The notes under the pieces were generated by a model that ran no database searches, was not told the DNA's origin, and saw only the letters and a program-made list of their open reading frames with translations. Of a stretch of DNA of 64,000 nucleotides, positions 6,530 to 13,720 are shown one piece after another. The stretch comes from a virus. Lineage: Duplodnaviria; Caudoviricetes. Location: IMG/VR virus record IMGVR_UViG_3300023174_000037, one strand, 5' to 3'. The translations under genes and the position numbers were made by a program. Numbering within the stretch: position 1 is the stretch's first letter; every line of letters begins with the position of its first letter.

Positions 6530-6999
6530 CCGTTAACTATCTTAAGGCCTCTTATTCTGTCTGCTGCATAGCTGGCCGCAAATGCCTGTGGCTTTACTAA
6601 CGGAACAACATTACAGGTGCCTTTGATGTAGCCAATCGCTTGTGCGACTACATTACTGCTGGCATGATGATCATCTGGATTGATATCCAGGTGAACTTCA
6701 ACTGCTCTATCTTCCAGCACTTCGGCAAGTTTCAAGTATAGTTCGCTTACTTTATACACTTCGATCATTAGTCTTGTGTTAGGTTTGTTTACACGATCGT
6801 AATCACGTTCACGTGTAACTTCGCCAAACAATTTACAACCATTGTTACCGTTGATATGAACCACAATGGCCGCAGTATAAATGCCATACCATTGCTTATC
6901 GTGACCTCTGACACGCTCGCTATCCACACCAATATAGATACGTGTGTCTGGGCCTTGCGCTTCTATAAATTGTTTAATGTGTGGGATATCAAACTTCAT
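6526..6999 (-). CDS. RNase H-like fold protein (YkuK/DUF458 family)
   Basis: IYIGVDS, RLMxE, EVHLDIN and ASYAAD motifs. Confidence 0.7.
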   Translation of the reverse strand: MKFDIPHIKQFIEAQGPDTRIYIGVDSERVRGHDKQWYGIYTAAIVVHINGNNGCKLFGEVTRERDYDRVNKPNTRLMIEVYKVSELYLKLAEVLEDRAVEVHLDINPDDHHASSNVVAQAIGYIKGTCNVVPLVKPQAFAASYAADRIRGLKIVNG

Positions 7000-7027
7000 T
7001 ATTATCTTTCTATATATTAACTACATC

Positions 7028-7119
7028 TGGCGGAAAGCAGAGGAGTCGAACCCCATCCCATTTCTGAGAACCTGGTTTTCAAGGCCAGTCGCAGGACCAT
7101 CCCCGCTGCATTACTTTCC
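7028..7119 (-). tRNA. tRNA-Ser(TGA)
   Basis: Class II, loop CT-TGA-AA. Confidence 0.93.
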
Positions 7120-7124
7120 ATATT

Positions 7125-7198
7125 TGGCATACCCCCAGGGACTCGAACCCCGACTAATAGTTTTGGAGACTAGTGTGCTGCCATTACACTAGGGGCAT
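7125..7198 (-). tRNA. tRNA-Trp(CCA)
   Basis: Loop CT-CCA-AA, G73. Confidence 0.93.
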
Positions 7199-7205
7199 AT
7201 TAAAC

Positions 7206-7280
7206 TGGTACTCGGAAGGGGAATCGAACCCCTCTTCCCGCCGTGAAAGGGCGGTGTCCTAACCGATAGACGACCCGAGC
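7206..7280 (-). tRNA. tRNA-Glu(TTC)
   Basis: Stem CCGCC/GGCGG, loop CT-TTC-AC. Confidence 0.95.
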
Positions 7281-7287
7281 AAAAACT

Positions 7288-7376
7288 TGGTGGAAGTGGT
7301 TGGATTCGAACCAACAATGTTTCTTATGTGGCGGATTTACAGTCCGTTGCCTTCAACCAATTCAGCGCACACTTCC
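7288..7376 (-). tRNA. tRNA-Tyr(GTA)
   Basis: Class II, loop CT-GTA-AA. Confidence 0.95.
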
Positions 7377-7381
7377 CAACT

Positions 7382-7457
7382 TGGTGGAGGATATCGGACT
7401 CGAACCGATCACCCCTAGCTTGCAAAGCTAGTGCTCTCCCAGATGAGCTAAACCCCC
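7382..7457 (-). tRNA. tRNA-Ala(TGC)
   Basis: G3-U70, loop TT-TGC-AA. Confidence 0.95.
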
Positions 7458-7459
7458 AA

Positions 7460-7657
7460 TTATTTCTTATCTAGCTTTGGTTCTTCATAAACCATTGCTT
7501 CTTTTTCTACATAGACTGGAAAAAATTTCCAACCAAAACTTTTCCAATACTTGTGAATGATATTGTTGATAACAACTGCTGTTACTACAACAACAATAAA
7601 CCCAAGTCCTGTCAAAATTGAACCTGCTAAAAATACTGCTGCTTGATCAATGTCCAT
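7460..7657 (-). CDS. Small membrane protein (65 aa, MDIDQAAVFLAGS...)
   Basis: AAGGAG RBS; the longer ORF-track start overlaps tRNA-fMet. Confidence 0.65.
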   Translation of the reverse strand: MDIDQAAVFLAGSILTGLGFIVVVVTAVVINNIIHKYWKSFGWKFFPVYVEKEAMVYEEPKLDKK

Positions 7658-7671
7658 GCTTACTCCTTTAA

Positions 7672-7746
7672 TGGTTGCGGGGGAAGGAATCGAACCTCCG
7701 GCTTCCAGGTTATGAGCCTGGCGGTCTACCGCTGACGTACCCCGCG
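7672..7746 (-). tRNA. Initiator tRNA-fMet(CAT)
   Basis: C1-A72 mismatch, loop CT-CAT-AA. Confidence 0.9.
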
Positions 7747-7812
7747 ATATTAGGTGTAGGGCTTCCACCTACTCCCACCTCGTTTTAAAGTCCGCGTGTC
7801 CAGGACTTGATC

Positions 7813-8397
7813 TTACATGGTAGGACCATTTCCGTTCTTAAATCCCACCACACCGCCTTCTGCCTCAATACGTTTGATAACGTCTTCAAACAGGATAGGT
7901 GCAAAGTCAGTTTGTTCTACACAAACACAGTGATACCTAGTATCAACAATGTCAGTGATCTTGCCATTGAATCCTGGCAACATGACACGATTGGCATGCA
8001 AGTGTCCGTGGATGTTGACGCCAAAACGACCCAGACTTTCCGAGTGGATAGGAATGTGACTCAGGATCATTCCATTCATAACATGGTAAGCACGAAGTTC
8101 ACGAAAGTGTTCACGGTATTCACTGTCTCTGAAGATATCATGGTTACCACGGATCAACACCTTGTCACCGTTTAACCTGCGCATGATGCCTAAGGCTTTA
8201 CGGTTGATAACAACGTCACCTAAATGATAGACCTTGTCAGTGGGTTTTACCCGTTCGTTCCACGCCTTGACCATAGCTTCGTCCATCTCCTCTGCGGAAT
8301 CCCATGGACGAAGTTTTGTAACACCATCGTTACGTGTGAAGCGGCATACACCTGTGTGTCCAAAGTGCGTGTCGCTTACTAAAAATACACTAGGCAT
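7813..8397 (-). CDS. Calcineurin-like metallophosphoesterase
   Basis: SDTHFGH, LGDV, GNHD, SH and HGHLH motifs. Confidence 0.9.
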   Translation of the reverse strand: MPSVFLVSDTHFGHTGVCRFTRNDGVTKLRPWDSAEEMDEAMVKAWNERVKPTDKVYHLGDVVINRKALGIMRRLNGDKVLIRGNHDIFRDSEYREHFRELRAYHVMNGMILSHIPIHSESLGRFGVNIHGHLHANRVMLPGFNGKITDIVDTRYHCVCVEQTDFAPILFEDVIKRIEAEGGVVGFKNGNGPTM

Positions 8398-8908
8398 CTT
8401 GCCCTCCTTTCTTATCTGTTAAATGCTGTCTATAATCGGCTCTCCAACTGTGAGTCGAATCCTCACTATCGTAAGTCCACCCCAACAAGCGCATCATTTT
8501 ATGCTTGACCAACAAGTTAGGACTACGAAATCTTTCACAATCTCCAAATCCCATCATTACACCTATCTCGCACACTGCACCCGACCTGCAAATGCCAGCA
8601 TGACAGTGAACAACCACATTCATCCGATTTTCCCAGGCATGTTGCAACAATCGGACAAGTTGTTCTGCTTGCTCATCTGTGATGGCAAATTCACTGAGGT
8701 CAATTGTTCGACCGTCACCGGTGGTTGTTACACCTTCTTCTTCTTCTATATCCAAAAACGTAAATTGATGAATTTCTTTAAACGTATGCTTGGGTGTAGG
8801 GAACGCCATGTCGTGGTCTGAAATCTGTATCAGCATACTGTTGGCACCACAATCGTGATGCCTTCCTGTTGCTACATTTTCTAAAGGTATATTTTCAATC
8901 CACGGCAT
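8390..8908 (-). CDS. Protein-tyrosine/dual-specificity phosphatase-like protein
   Basis: VHCHAGICRS CX5R P-loop. Confidence 0.8.
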   Translation of the reverse strand: MPWIENIPLENVATGRHHDCGANSMLIQISDHDMAFPTPKHTFKEIHQFTFLDIEEEEGVTTTGDGRTIDLSEFAITDEQAEQLVRLLQHAWENRMNVVVHCHAGICRSGAVCEIGVMMGFGDCERFRSPNLLVKHKMMRLLGWTYDSEDSTHSWRADYRQHLTDKKGGQDA

Positions 8909-8928
8909 AATTGTCTCTTTCTAACTGT

Positions 8929-8957
8929 ATTATAGCTGATTGGCTATTTTGGGTCAA
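8929..8957 (-). promoter_or_regulatory. sigma70 promoter
   Basis: TTGACC-17 nt-TATAAT. Confidence 0.75.
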
Positions 8958-8988
8958 CCAACTAATTTGTAATACGTTTGTATTACGA

Positions 8989-9315
8989 TCATGCAGTCAT
9001 CCAGCGTTCCTCTGATTCGAGCACCAAACTTTCTGAACCATCATACTCGTCTATGCGGAACCTGGCACCCACTGGCACCCATTCTACTTGTAAATCTTCT
9101 GCCCCTCCGCAGTATGCTTCAGGATATTTTAACTCCATGTAGGTAAGAATTTTATCAAGTTCTTTGTTTTCAATCCAGGTCACAACACAAGGATCGTAGA
9201 CTAGTTCTTCGATATGGTGCCAAGTATACCAACCAGCACCGTATCCTGGACTTACCAACACAGCTACTCGACCATCACGAATTAATTTATTTGGCAATGA
9301 CATGATTTTCTCCAT
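8989..9315 (-). CDS. Conserved phage hypothetical protein
   Basis: ORF track, AVLVSPGYGAGW motif, RBS. Confidence 0.7.
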   Translation of the reverse strand: MEKIMSLPNKLIRDGRVAVLVSPGYGAGWYTWHHIEELVYDPCVVTWIENKELDKILTYMELKYPEAYCGGAEDLQVEWVPVGARFRIDEYDGSESLVLESEERWMTA

Positions 9316-9336
9316 AACACACTCTTATGAATGTGT

Positions 9337-9404
9337 GTATTAAAGCACACTCACCCGAATGGACCTTGTCACCTCCGCCTACTGTCGGAAGTGTGCTTTA
9401 ATAC
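9337..9404 (-). repeat. 15-bp perfect inverted repeat enclosing a hairpin (spacer motif copy 3)
   Basis: GTATTAAAGCACACT...AGTGTGCTTTAATAC; inner TCCG-ACAGTAGG-CGGA. Confidence 0.7.
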
Positions 9405-9510
9405 GCTGTGATTTTTCGCTCCACAAAAGGAGTTTCATCCCACAGGCCGCCCGTTTGTGCTTGTTTATAGTGTAGCACAGGACCTCGTTTCCTGCAACCA
9501 CTTTGTGCTG

Positions 9511-9675
9511 TTAGTTTACACTAAACGTTGGTGCTTTTGCTAACGCTTGGTGATACACTCTGGCACGTTCGAACTTATCTTGAATAAGTTTCTGAAGTTG
9601 TTCTTTATTCAAAACAGCTTCATAAGCCTGTTCAATGACACGTTCATTTAATTTTGTATGATCTATCTTTTCCAT
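9511..9675 (-). CDS. Small hypothetical protein (54 aa, MEKIDHTKLNERV...)
   Basis: Manual translation; AAGGA RBS right after the attenuator hairpin. Confidence 0.6.
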   Translation of the reverse strand: MEKIDHTKLNERVIEQAYEAVLNKEQLQKLIQDKFERARVYHQALAKAPTFSVN

Positions 9676-9689
9676 TTTTCCTTTTCTAA

Positions 9690-9785
9690 AAACAAAAAAC
9701 CCCAGGGTTTTTAATCCTAGGGTTCTTTAAGTTTGAGTAGTATCTGCTATTTAAGCGTACCCACTTCCCTTCAAGAACCCTGAGC
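9690..9785 (-). terminator. Attenuator: terminator hairpin with competing antiterminator
   Basis: AACCCTAGG/CCTGGGGTT stem plus U-tract; AGGGTTCTT (9773-9782) can pair with AAGAACCCT instead. Confidence 0.7.
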
Positions 9786-9906
9786 TAATATAGCCCTCTG
9801 GTGTGCGATCTAATGATAGACTATTGTTCGCAAACCAAGAGGTCAGCGTCAAGCATACCTGTTTGGCTATGGAACTAAATTGTCTATGTAAAGATAGCGA
9901 TTTCAT
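9751..9906 (-). CDS. Putative leader peptide (51 aa, MKSLSLHRQF...GFLKGSGYA)
   Basis: Lies between a consensus promoter and the attenuator; its 3' end overlaps the antiterminator arm. Confidence 0.55.
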   Translation of the reverse strand: MKSLSLHRQFSSIAKQVCLTLTSWFANNSLSLDRTPEGYISSGFLKGSGYA

Positions 9907-9962
9907 TTTTGTTTCTGGTTTCCTAAAATTTTACAAACAGCATCATTGCTGTCTATGTGTTT

Positions 9963-9991
9963 ATTATACAGTTATTTAGTCTCGTTGTCAA
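9963..9991 (-). promoter_or_regulatory. Consensus sigma70 promoter with embedded CTAAATA late-type motif
   Basis: TTGACA-ACGAGACTAAATAACTG-TATAAT. Confidence 0.85.
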
Positions 9992-10083
9992 CCTCTAAGT
10001 TTGTTTTTTTATCTTTTTCTTAAAAATATTTTTCAACTAAGTGTCAAGTATACACTGGATGTCATTCAAGGTCAACCAGCCGT

Positions 10084-10110
10084 AAAAAAAGACACCTAGG
10101 TGTCTTTTTA
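10084..10110. terminator. Palindromic, probably bidirectional terminator
   Basis: AAAAAGACAC-CTAG-GTGTCTTTTT. Confidence 0.65.
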
Positions 10111-10129
10111 TTTCTAGTAGAGTTAACTA

Positions 10130-10855
10130 TTAGAATGCTTTGCCTACTGAAAAGACTGCGGCATTGCGATATAGCTTTTGACCATTCACGGTGTTGGCTG
10201 TGTTGAATGTGCTAGTCTTGTCGCCGTTGGTGTAATACTTAGCGGCCAAGTTCCAACCTTGTAGGTTGTAACCTACACCAAAATTGTAATCATTGTAGTC
10301 CAATGAAGAACTGTTAGCAACATTAGTCTTACCTGCGTGAGCAAGCAAACTGATCTTTGATCCAGCGATTGGATATGCTACATCAGCTTGGTAGTATGCT
10401 GTGCCTTGTGCATTGGCTGTACCAAAATAACCATTGCCTAGTGTACGATTATACTTGACACTAACTGGACCATAACCTAGACCAACATAACCTTCGTATG
10501 TGTCAAAGTTTGAACCTGTCTTAGCTGAAGTAGTAGAACGTGGATAAAAATAGTTATAAGAACCAACATCAAGTGTTAGGCCTTTATAAATGTCTTTCTT
10601 CCAACCCGCATATACATCAGACTCAACACCCGAACCGTTTGTGTAAACTTGTGAGCTTACTGAACTGTTCCAGTTACCGATATAGAAACCGCTGGAGTGA
10701 TTGTAGTCAATGCCGCCTTGGACAGCAGGAGCATTTTGGGATTGACTGATGCCGCGGAAACGGTAGTCACTTGTCAAGCCTAAATTGCCAGATACTTGAG
10801 CATGAGCAGAAGTAATGCCAGCCAATACGAATAATGCTAATAGTAATTTCTTCAT
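10130..10855 (-). CDS. TorF-family putative outer-membrane porin (TIGR02001-like)
   Basis: Signal peptide; SDYRFRGISQS..PAVQGGIDY motif; C-terminal Phe. Confidence 0.85.
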   Translation of the reverse strand: MKKLLLALFVLAGITSAHAQVSGNLGLTSDYRFRGISQSQNAPAVQGGIDYNHSSGFYIGNWNSSVSSQVYTNGSGVESDVYAGWKKDIYKGLTLDVGSYNYFYPRSTTSAKTGSNFDTYEGYVGLGYGPVSVKYNRTLGNGYFGTANAQGTAYYQADVAYPIAGSKISLLAHAGKTNVANSSSLDYNDYNFGVGYNLQGWNLAAKYYTNGDKTSTFNTANTVNGQKLYRNAAVFSVGKAF

Positions 10856-10974
10856 TTGTTTTATTTCCTTTTAAAAGTAATGCTTAGAATAATATTTAGT
10901 GGGTTTCACGAGTGGCCTGTAATTTTTGCACACTTTCCTACCACTTTTATAGTTAACGGCATAGTTAACTGGCT

Positions 10975-11003
10975 AAAAAAGAGCCCACCGAAGCGGGCTC
11001 TTG
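10975..11003 (-). terminator. Rho-independent terminator after the tmRNA
   Basis: GAGCCCGC-TTCG-GTGGGCTC followed by TTTTTT. Confidence 0.85.
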
Positions 11004-11009
11004 TTATTT

Positions 11010-11345
11010 TCTGTTACGAGGTATAACTACCCTATCGCGGTGATTAAACTGCGAAAGATGTGGCTTTCACTGTACGAGCAGAGAACTTGACGTTCTTACC
11101 TGAAACAGTTACTTCGCCTGTAGATGTTTTTGCATTTACATTATTTGCTTGATTTACAGTCATCGCCTACTGTGTTGCCGTCTCTATTATCTCACCCTGT
11201 CGAAACCATGGCAGGCCCATTATGAAGTATACTCACGTTTCTTATGTCTCTGTTGGCTATGTGCCAACCGAATATACTTTATGGTGGACCTGGCGGGAGT
11301 CGAACCCGCGTCCAGAATGCCTTCACTTTGAAGGGATTACAACAA
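11010..11345 (-). ncRNA. ssrA: Circularly permuted (two-piece) tmRNA
   Basis: Acceptor piece ...GGACGCGGGTTCGACTCCCGCCAGGTCCACCA (ends 11282) precedes the coding piece GGGCCTGCCATGGTTTCGAC (starts 11218); G3-U70; tag ORF 11133-11044. Confidence 0.9.
11219..11281 (-). repeat. tmRNA intervening segment = spacer motif copy 2
   Basis: Outer stem AAGTATATTC/GAGTATACTT, inner GTTGGC-ACATA-GCCAAC, tail AGAGACATAAGAAACGT. Confidence 0.75.
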
Positions 11346-11349
11346 TTCT

Positions 11350-11589
11350 TTAATACACTGCAACAGGTATTGCGGGACTAAATCCTGCTAGTAGCGACTG
11401 ATAACCGTTTGCGCTTTCGGTGCTACTCCACATTCTAACATTTGTTGTAGTATCAGCAGTGTTGCTCCATATGTATACCTGTCCGTTGGTTGTTCCTGCA
11501 GTTGTTTGTGCGCTGATATAGCTAGCTAACTGGGAAGTTTCAGCCTCAGTGAGCACTCGAGGTACAGTTATTTCTGTAAAATATGCCAT
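11350..11589 (-). CDS. Hypothetical protein
   Basis: ORF track; AGGAG RBS. Confidence 0.65.
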   Translation of the reverse strand: MAYFTEITVPRVLTEAETSQLASYISAQTTAGTTNGQVYIWSNTADTTTNVRMWSSTESANGYQSLLAGFSPAIPVAVY

Positions 11590-11644
11590 TTAAAAACTCC
11601 TTTTTTAGTATGTGCTATCAAATACAAATAGCACTATTAACTAC

Positions 11645-11848
11645 TTATGCCGGCACAATATTTGATGCCTGCTTGCCTTTTGGGCCCTGAACCAAGTCAA
11701 ATTTTACCACTTGGTTTTCTTTTAATGTTTTAAATCCATTAATATTAATTGCTGAAAAATGTGCAAATACATCCTCGCCGCCGTCATCTGGTGTAATGAA
11801 TCCAAAACCTTTTGCATCATTAAACCATTTTACTTTACCTACTACCAT
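11645..11848 (-). CDS. cspA: Cold-shock protein
   Basis: [16 protein letters not shown] (RNP1) and VFAHFSAI (RNP2). Confidence 0.97.
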   Translation of the reverse strand: MVVGKVKWFNDAKGFGFITPDDGGEDVFAHFSAININGFKTLKENQVVKFDLVQGPKGKQASNIVPA

Positions 11849-11882
11849 ATATTACTACTTCCTTTTAAATTAAACATGAGTG

Positions 11883-12062
11883 CTAATTATAGCCTTTTAC
11901 AACATTTTTGTCAACCTTGGGATTACCTTTTGCATGGGCATCTTGATGTGATTGCCTCATGCGATCACGTTCGGTTGGCAACTTTCCACAACCCAACCGA
12001 TCCCATTCTTTTTCAGAATAGTAATACTGGTCAACGGGTTTTTTCTGCTGCTTCACGATCAT
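11883..12062 (-). CDS. Small hypothetical protein (59 aa, MIVKQQKKPVDQYYYSEKEW...)
   Basis: Manual translation. Confidence 0.5.
   Translation of the reverse strand: MIVKQQKKPVDQYYYSEKEWDRLGCGKLPTERDRMRQSHQDAHAKGNPKVDKNVVKGYN
11886..11914 (-). promoter_or_regulatory. Consensus sigma70 promoter for the csp gene
   Basis: TTGACA-17 nt-TATAAT. Confidence 0.85.
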
Positions 12063-12077
12063 ACTATTTAGCTTGTT

Positions 12078-12154
12078 TGGTGGGCCAGGTGGGATTCTAA
12101 CCCACGATCAATGCTTTATGAGAACACTGCTTTAGGACACTAAGCTACTGGCCC
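12078..12154 (-). tRNA. tRNA(CAT), probably Ile2
   Basis: GGGCCAG acceptor, loop CT-CAT-AA, G1-C72. Confidence 0.85.
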
Positions 12155-12171
12155 GGATACGTAGTATAGCA

Positions 12172-12543
12172 CTAAGGCTCGTAGTTGTCAAGGAATTGTT
12201 TGAGATTTCCGTATAAATTTACCATAACTGCTTCTCGGCTGCCAAAAAATACAATCTTTTTAGGTATGCCTTTGACAGCATGAATGTAGTAAGGCATTTG
12301 CATTTTACGGTCTAATTTTAGAATCAATTGTTTATTAAACGTATGTGGATCGTCGATACTGTATGAGTAATGTTCTAGATCTAGGTCTTCTGAAAGTGTT
12401 TGATAACCAGTGCCGGTCAATCTCATGCCACCGTTACGCCGCAAATTAAACCACCAACTGGGAACGGCACTTTCTACACTAATCCGTTGTTCGTCAGGTA
12501 ATAGTGCAATTAGCTCTTCTGTGAGTTTTCTTTTATCACGCAC
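12172..12543 (-). CDS. Hypothetical protein
   Basis: ORF track; in operon. Confidence 0.7.
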   Translation of the reverse strand: MRDKRKLTEELIALLPDEQRISVESAVPSWWFNLRRNGGMRLTGTGYQTLSEDLDLEHYSYSIDDPHTFNKQLILKLDRKMQMPYYIHAVKGIPKKIVFFGSREAVMVNLYGNLKQFLDNYEP

Positions 12544-12544
12544 A

Positions 12545-12832
12545 TCAAGGATAAACCTGATTGCCTGCAGTCAACAAAACCACAGTGAACTTTTCAGTTT
12601 TAAATTGTGTGTTTAATTTTTTTGCCAAGTTCTTGGCATGCCCAGGATTACTAAATGAAACTTTTTTGTATTTGGGGCCTGGATATTGGACCAGTAAGTT
12701 TGACGTTTTGAGATTGATAGGTTTAGCATCATAGAACACAGCCCATACACCTTCCGAAGCCAAAACCTGCTCACTCTTATAGGTGGCCTTGTTTGTGTGC
12801 TCGATCAATACATTGGGTTTTGGACGACTCAT
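12545..12832 (-). CDS. Hypothetical protein
   Basis: ORF track; AGGAG RBS. Confidence 0.75.
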   Translation of the reverse strand: MSRPKPNVLIEHTNKATYKSEQVLASEGVWAVFYDAKPINLKTSNLLVQYPGPKYKKVSFSNPGHAKNLAKKLNTQFKTEKFTVVLLTAGNQVYP

Positions 12833-12877
12833 ATCATTAAACTCCTATATTTTATTTATCTAGAAATATAGGTAGTT

Positions 12878-13093
12878 TTAGAATGTGCCACCATCCATTT
12901 TTACGGTAATTGTTTCTGTGTCTTTTTGGAGGGTTTTAACTGTGTGTTCACGTAAAGCCTGAAGTTCTAGTAGTAGTCTAGTGATATCGGCGTGTAGGTC
13001 CTGGGCATCTTTCAAACTCATAATAAAGTCTCGGGCTCCACGAGCTTGCTGACCTTGAACTCGCTCAATAAATTTACTTAGATGAATTGTCAT
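12878..13093 (-). CDS. Hypothetical protein (start probably MTIHLSKF)
   Basis: ORF track; overlaps the upstream stop. Confidence 0.6.
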   Translation of the reverse strand: MTIHLSKFIERVQGQQARGARDFIMSLKDAQDLHADITRLLLELQALREHTVKTLQKDTETITVKMDGGTF

Positions 13094-13532
13094 GAGCTTC
13101 TTGTTCTGAGTAATACGGGCCTTGATATGGATAGCGTTGCAACACAATTAATTTTGGCGCCAGCACTGTTCGCCAATGACGGCCTTTACGCACATTATAC
13201 CATCCGGCTGAGAACCACGATTTACTTTTATTGGTCTTGGTGTAAACTGGTAACTGTTGACTAACGTCCCACATGGGATTGTATACTCGGCCTGCCACCG
13301 GATAGCCATGAACATGAGCCACGGTTGTCTTGGGACGGGTAACGGTTACCGCTGGTTCAAATATAATATTAGCATTTCGAGCCGCTAACTTTATGGTCTT
13401 GTATTGTGCAATCTGATTATTGATCTTTACTTGATAACCACCTGCACAGGCTTCTATGTTTCCGACCTTTTGATTATTTTCTTGTAATATCCAAAATTGT
13501 TTGTCTATTACGGGTTTTGCTATTAATGTCAT
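13074..13532 (-). CDS. Hypothetical protein
   Basis: ORF track; ATGA coupling. Confidence 0.7.
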   Translation of the reverse strand: MTLIAKPVIDKQFWILQENNQKVGNIEACAGGYQVKINNQIAQYKTIKLAARNANIIFEPAVTVTRPKTTVAHVHGYPVAGRVYNPMWDVSQQLPVYTKTNKSKSWFSAGWYNVRKGRHWRTVLAPKLIVLQRYPYQGPYYSEQEAHDNSSK

Positions 13533-13720
13533 TTGTTACTCCTTTTTCTACATTCTTCTTGTACCTTAACAGGTACATCAGGATGCCATCCCCCGATGAG
13601 AATCCTGCAATCGTACTGCACAACAACTACATTGCCTTTACTGCTGGGCCAAAATGCCAAGACCAATGACCCAATTGCAATACTAACTACTACTGCGGCC
13701 CAGACAATATCCTTAGCCAT
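13529..13720 (-). CDS. Small membrane-anchored protein
   Basis: N-terminal hydrophobic helix; coupled to its neighbours. Confidence 0.6.
   Translation of the reverse strand: MAKDIVWAAVVVSIAIGSLVLAFWPSSKGNVVVVQYDCRILIGGWHPDVPVKVQEECRKRSNK

Noticed and set aside
6023-6571. Plus-strand 182-aa ORF and other ORFs over tRNA genes (4158-4355, 5192-5452, 5665-5883, 6226-6501, 6944-7192)
   Set aside because: They are antisense or in-frame shadows of tRNA and structured-RNA sequence, with no RBS or protein motifs
9410-9445. Hammerhead-like GAUGA...CGAAA pattern
   Set aside because: The core reads GGGAUGA rather than CUGAUGA, and the stem I/III cleavage triplet cannot be formed
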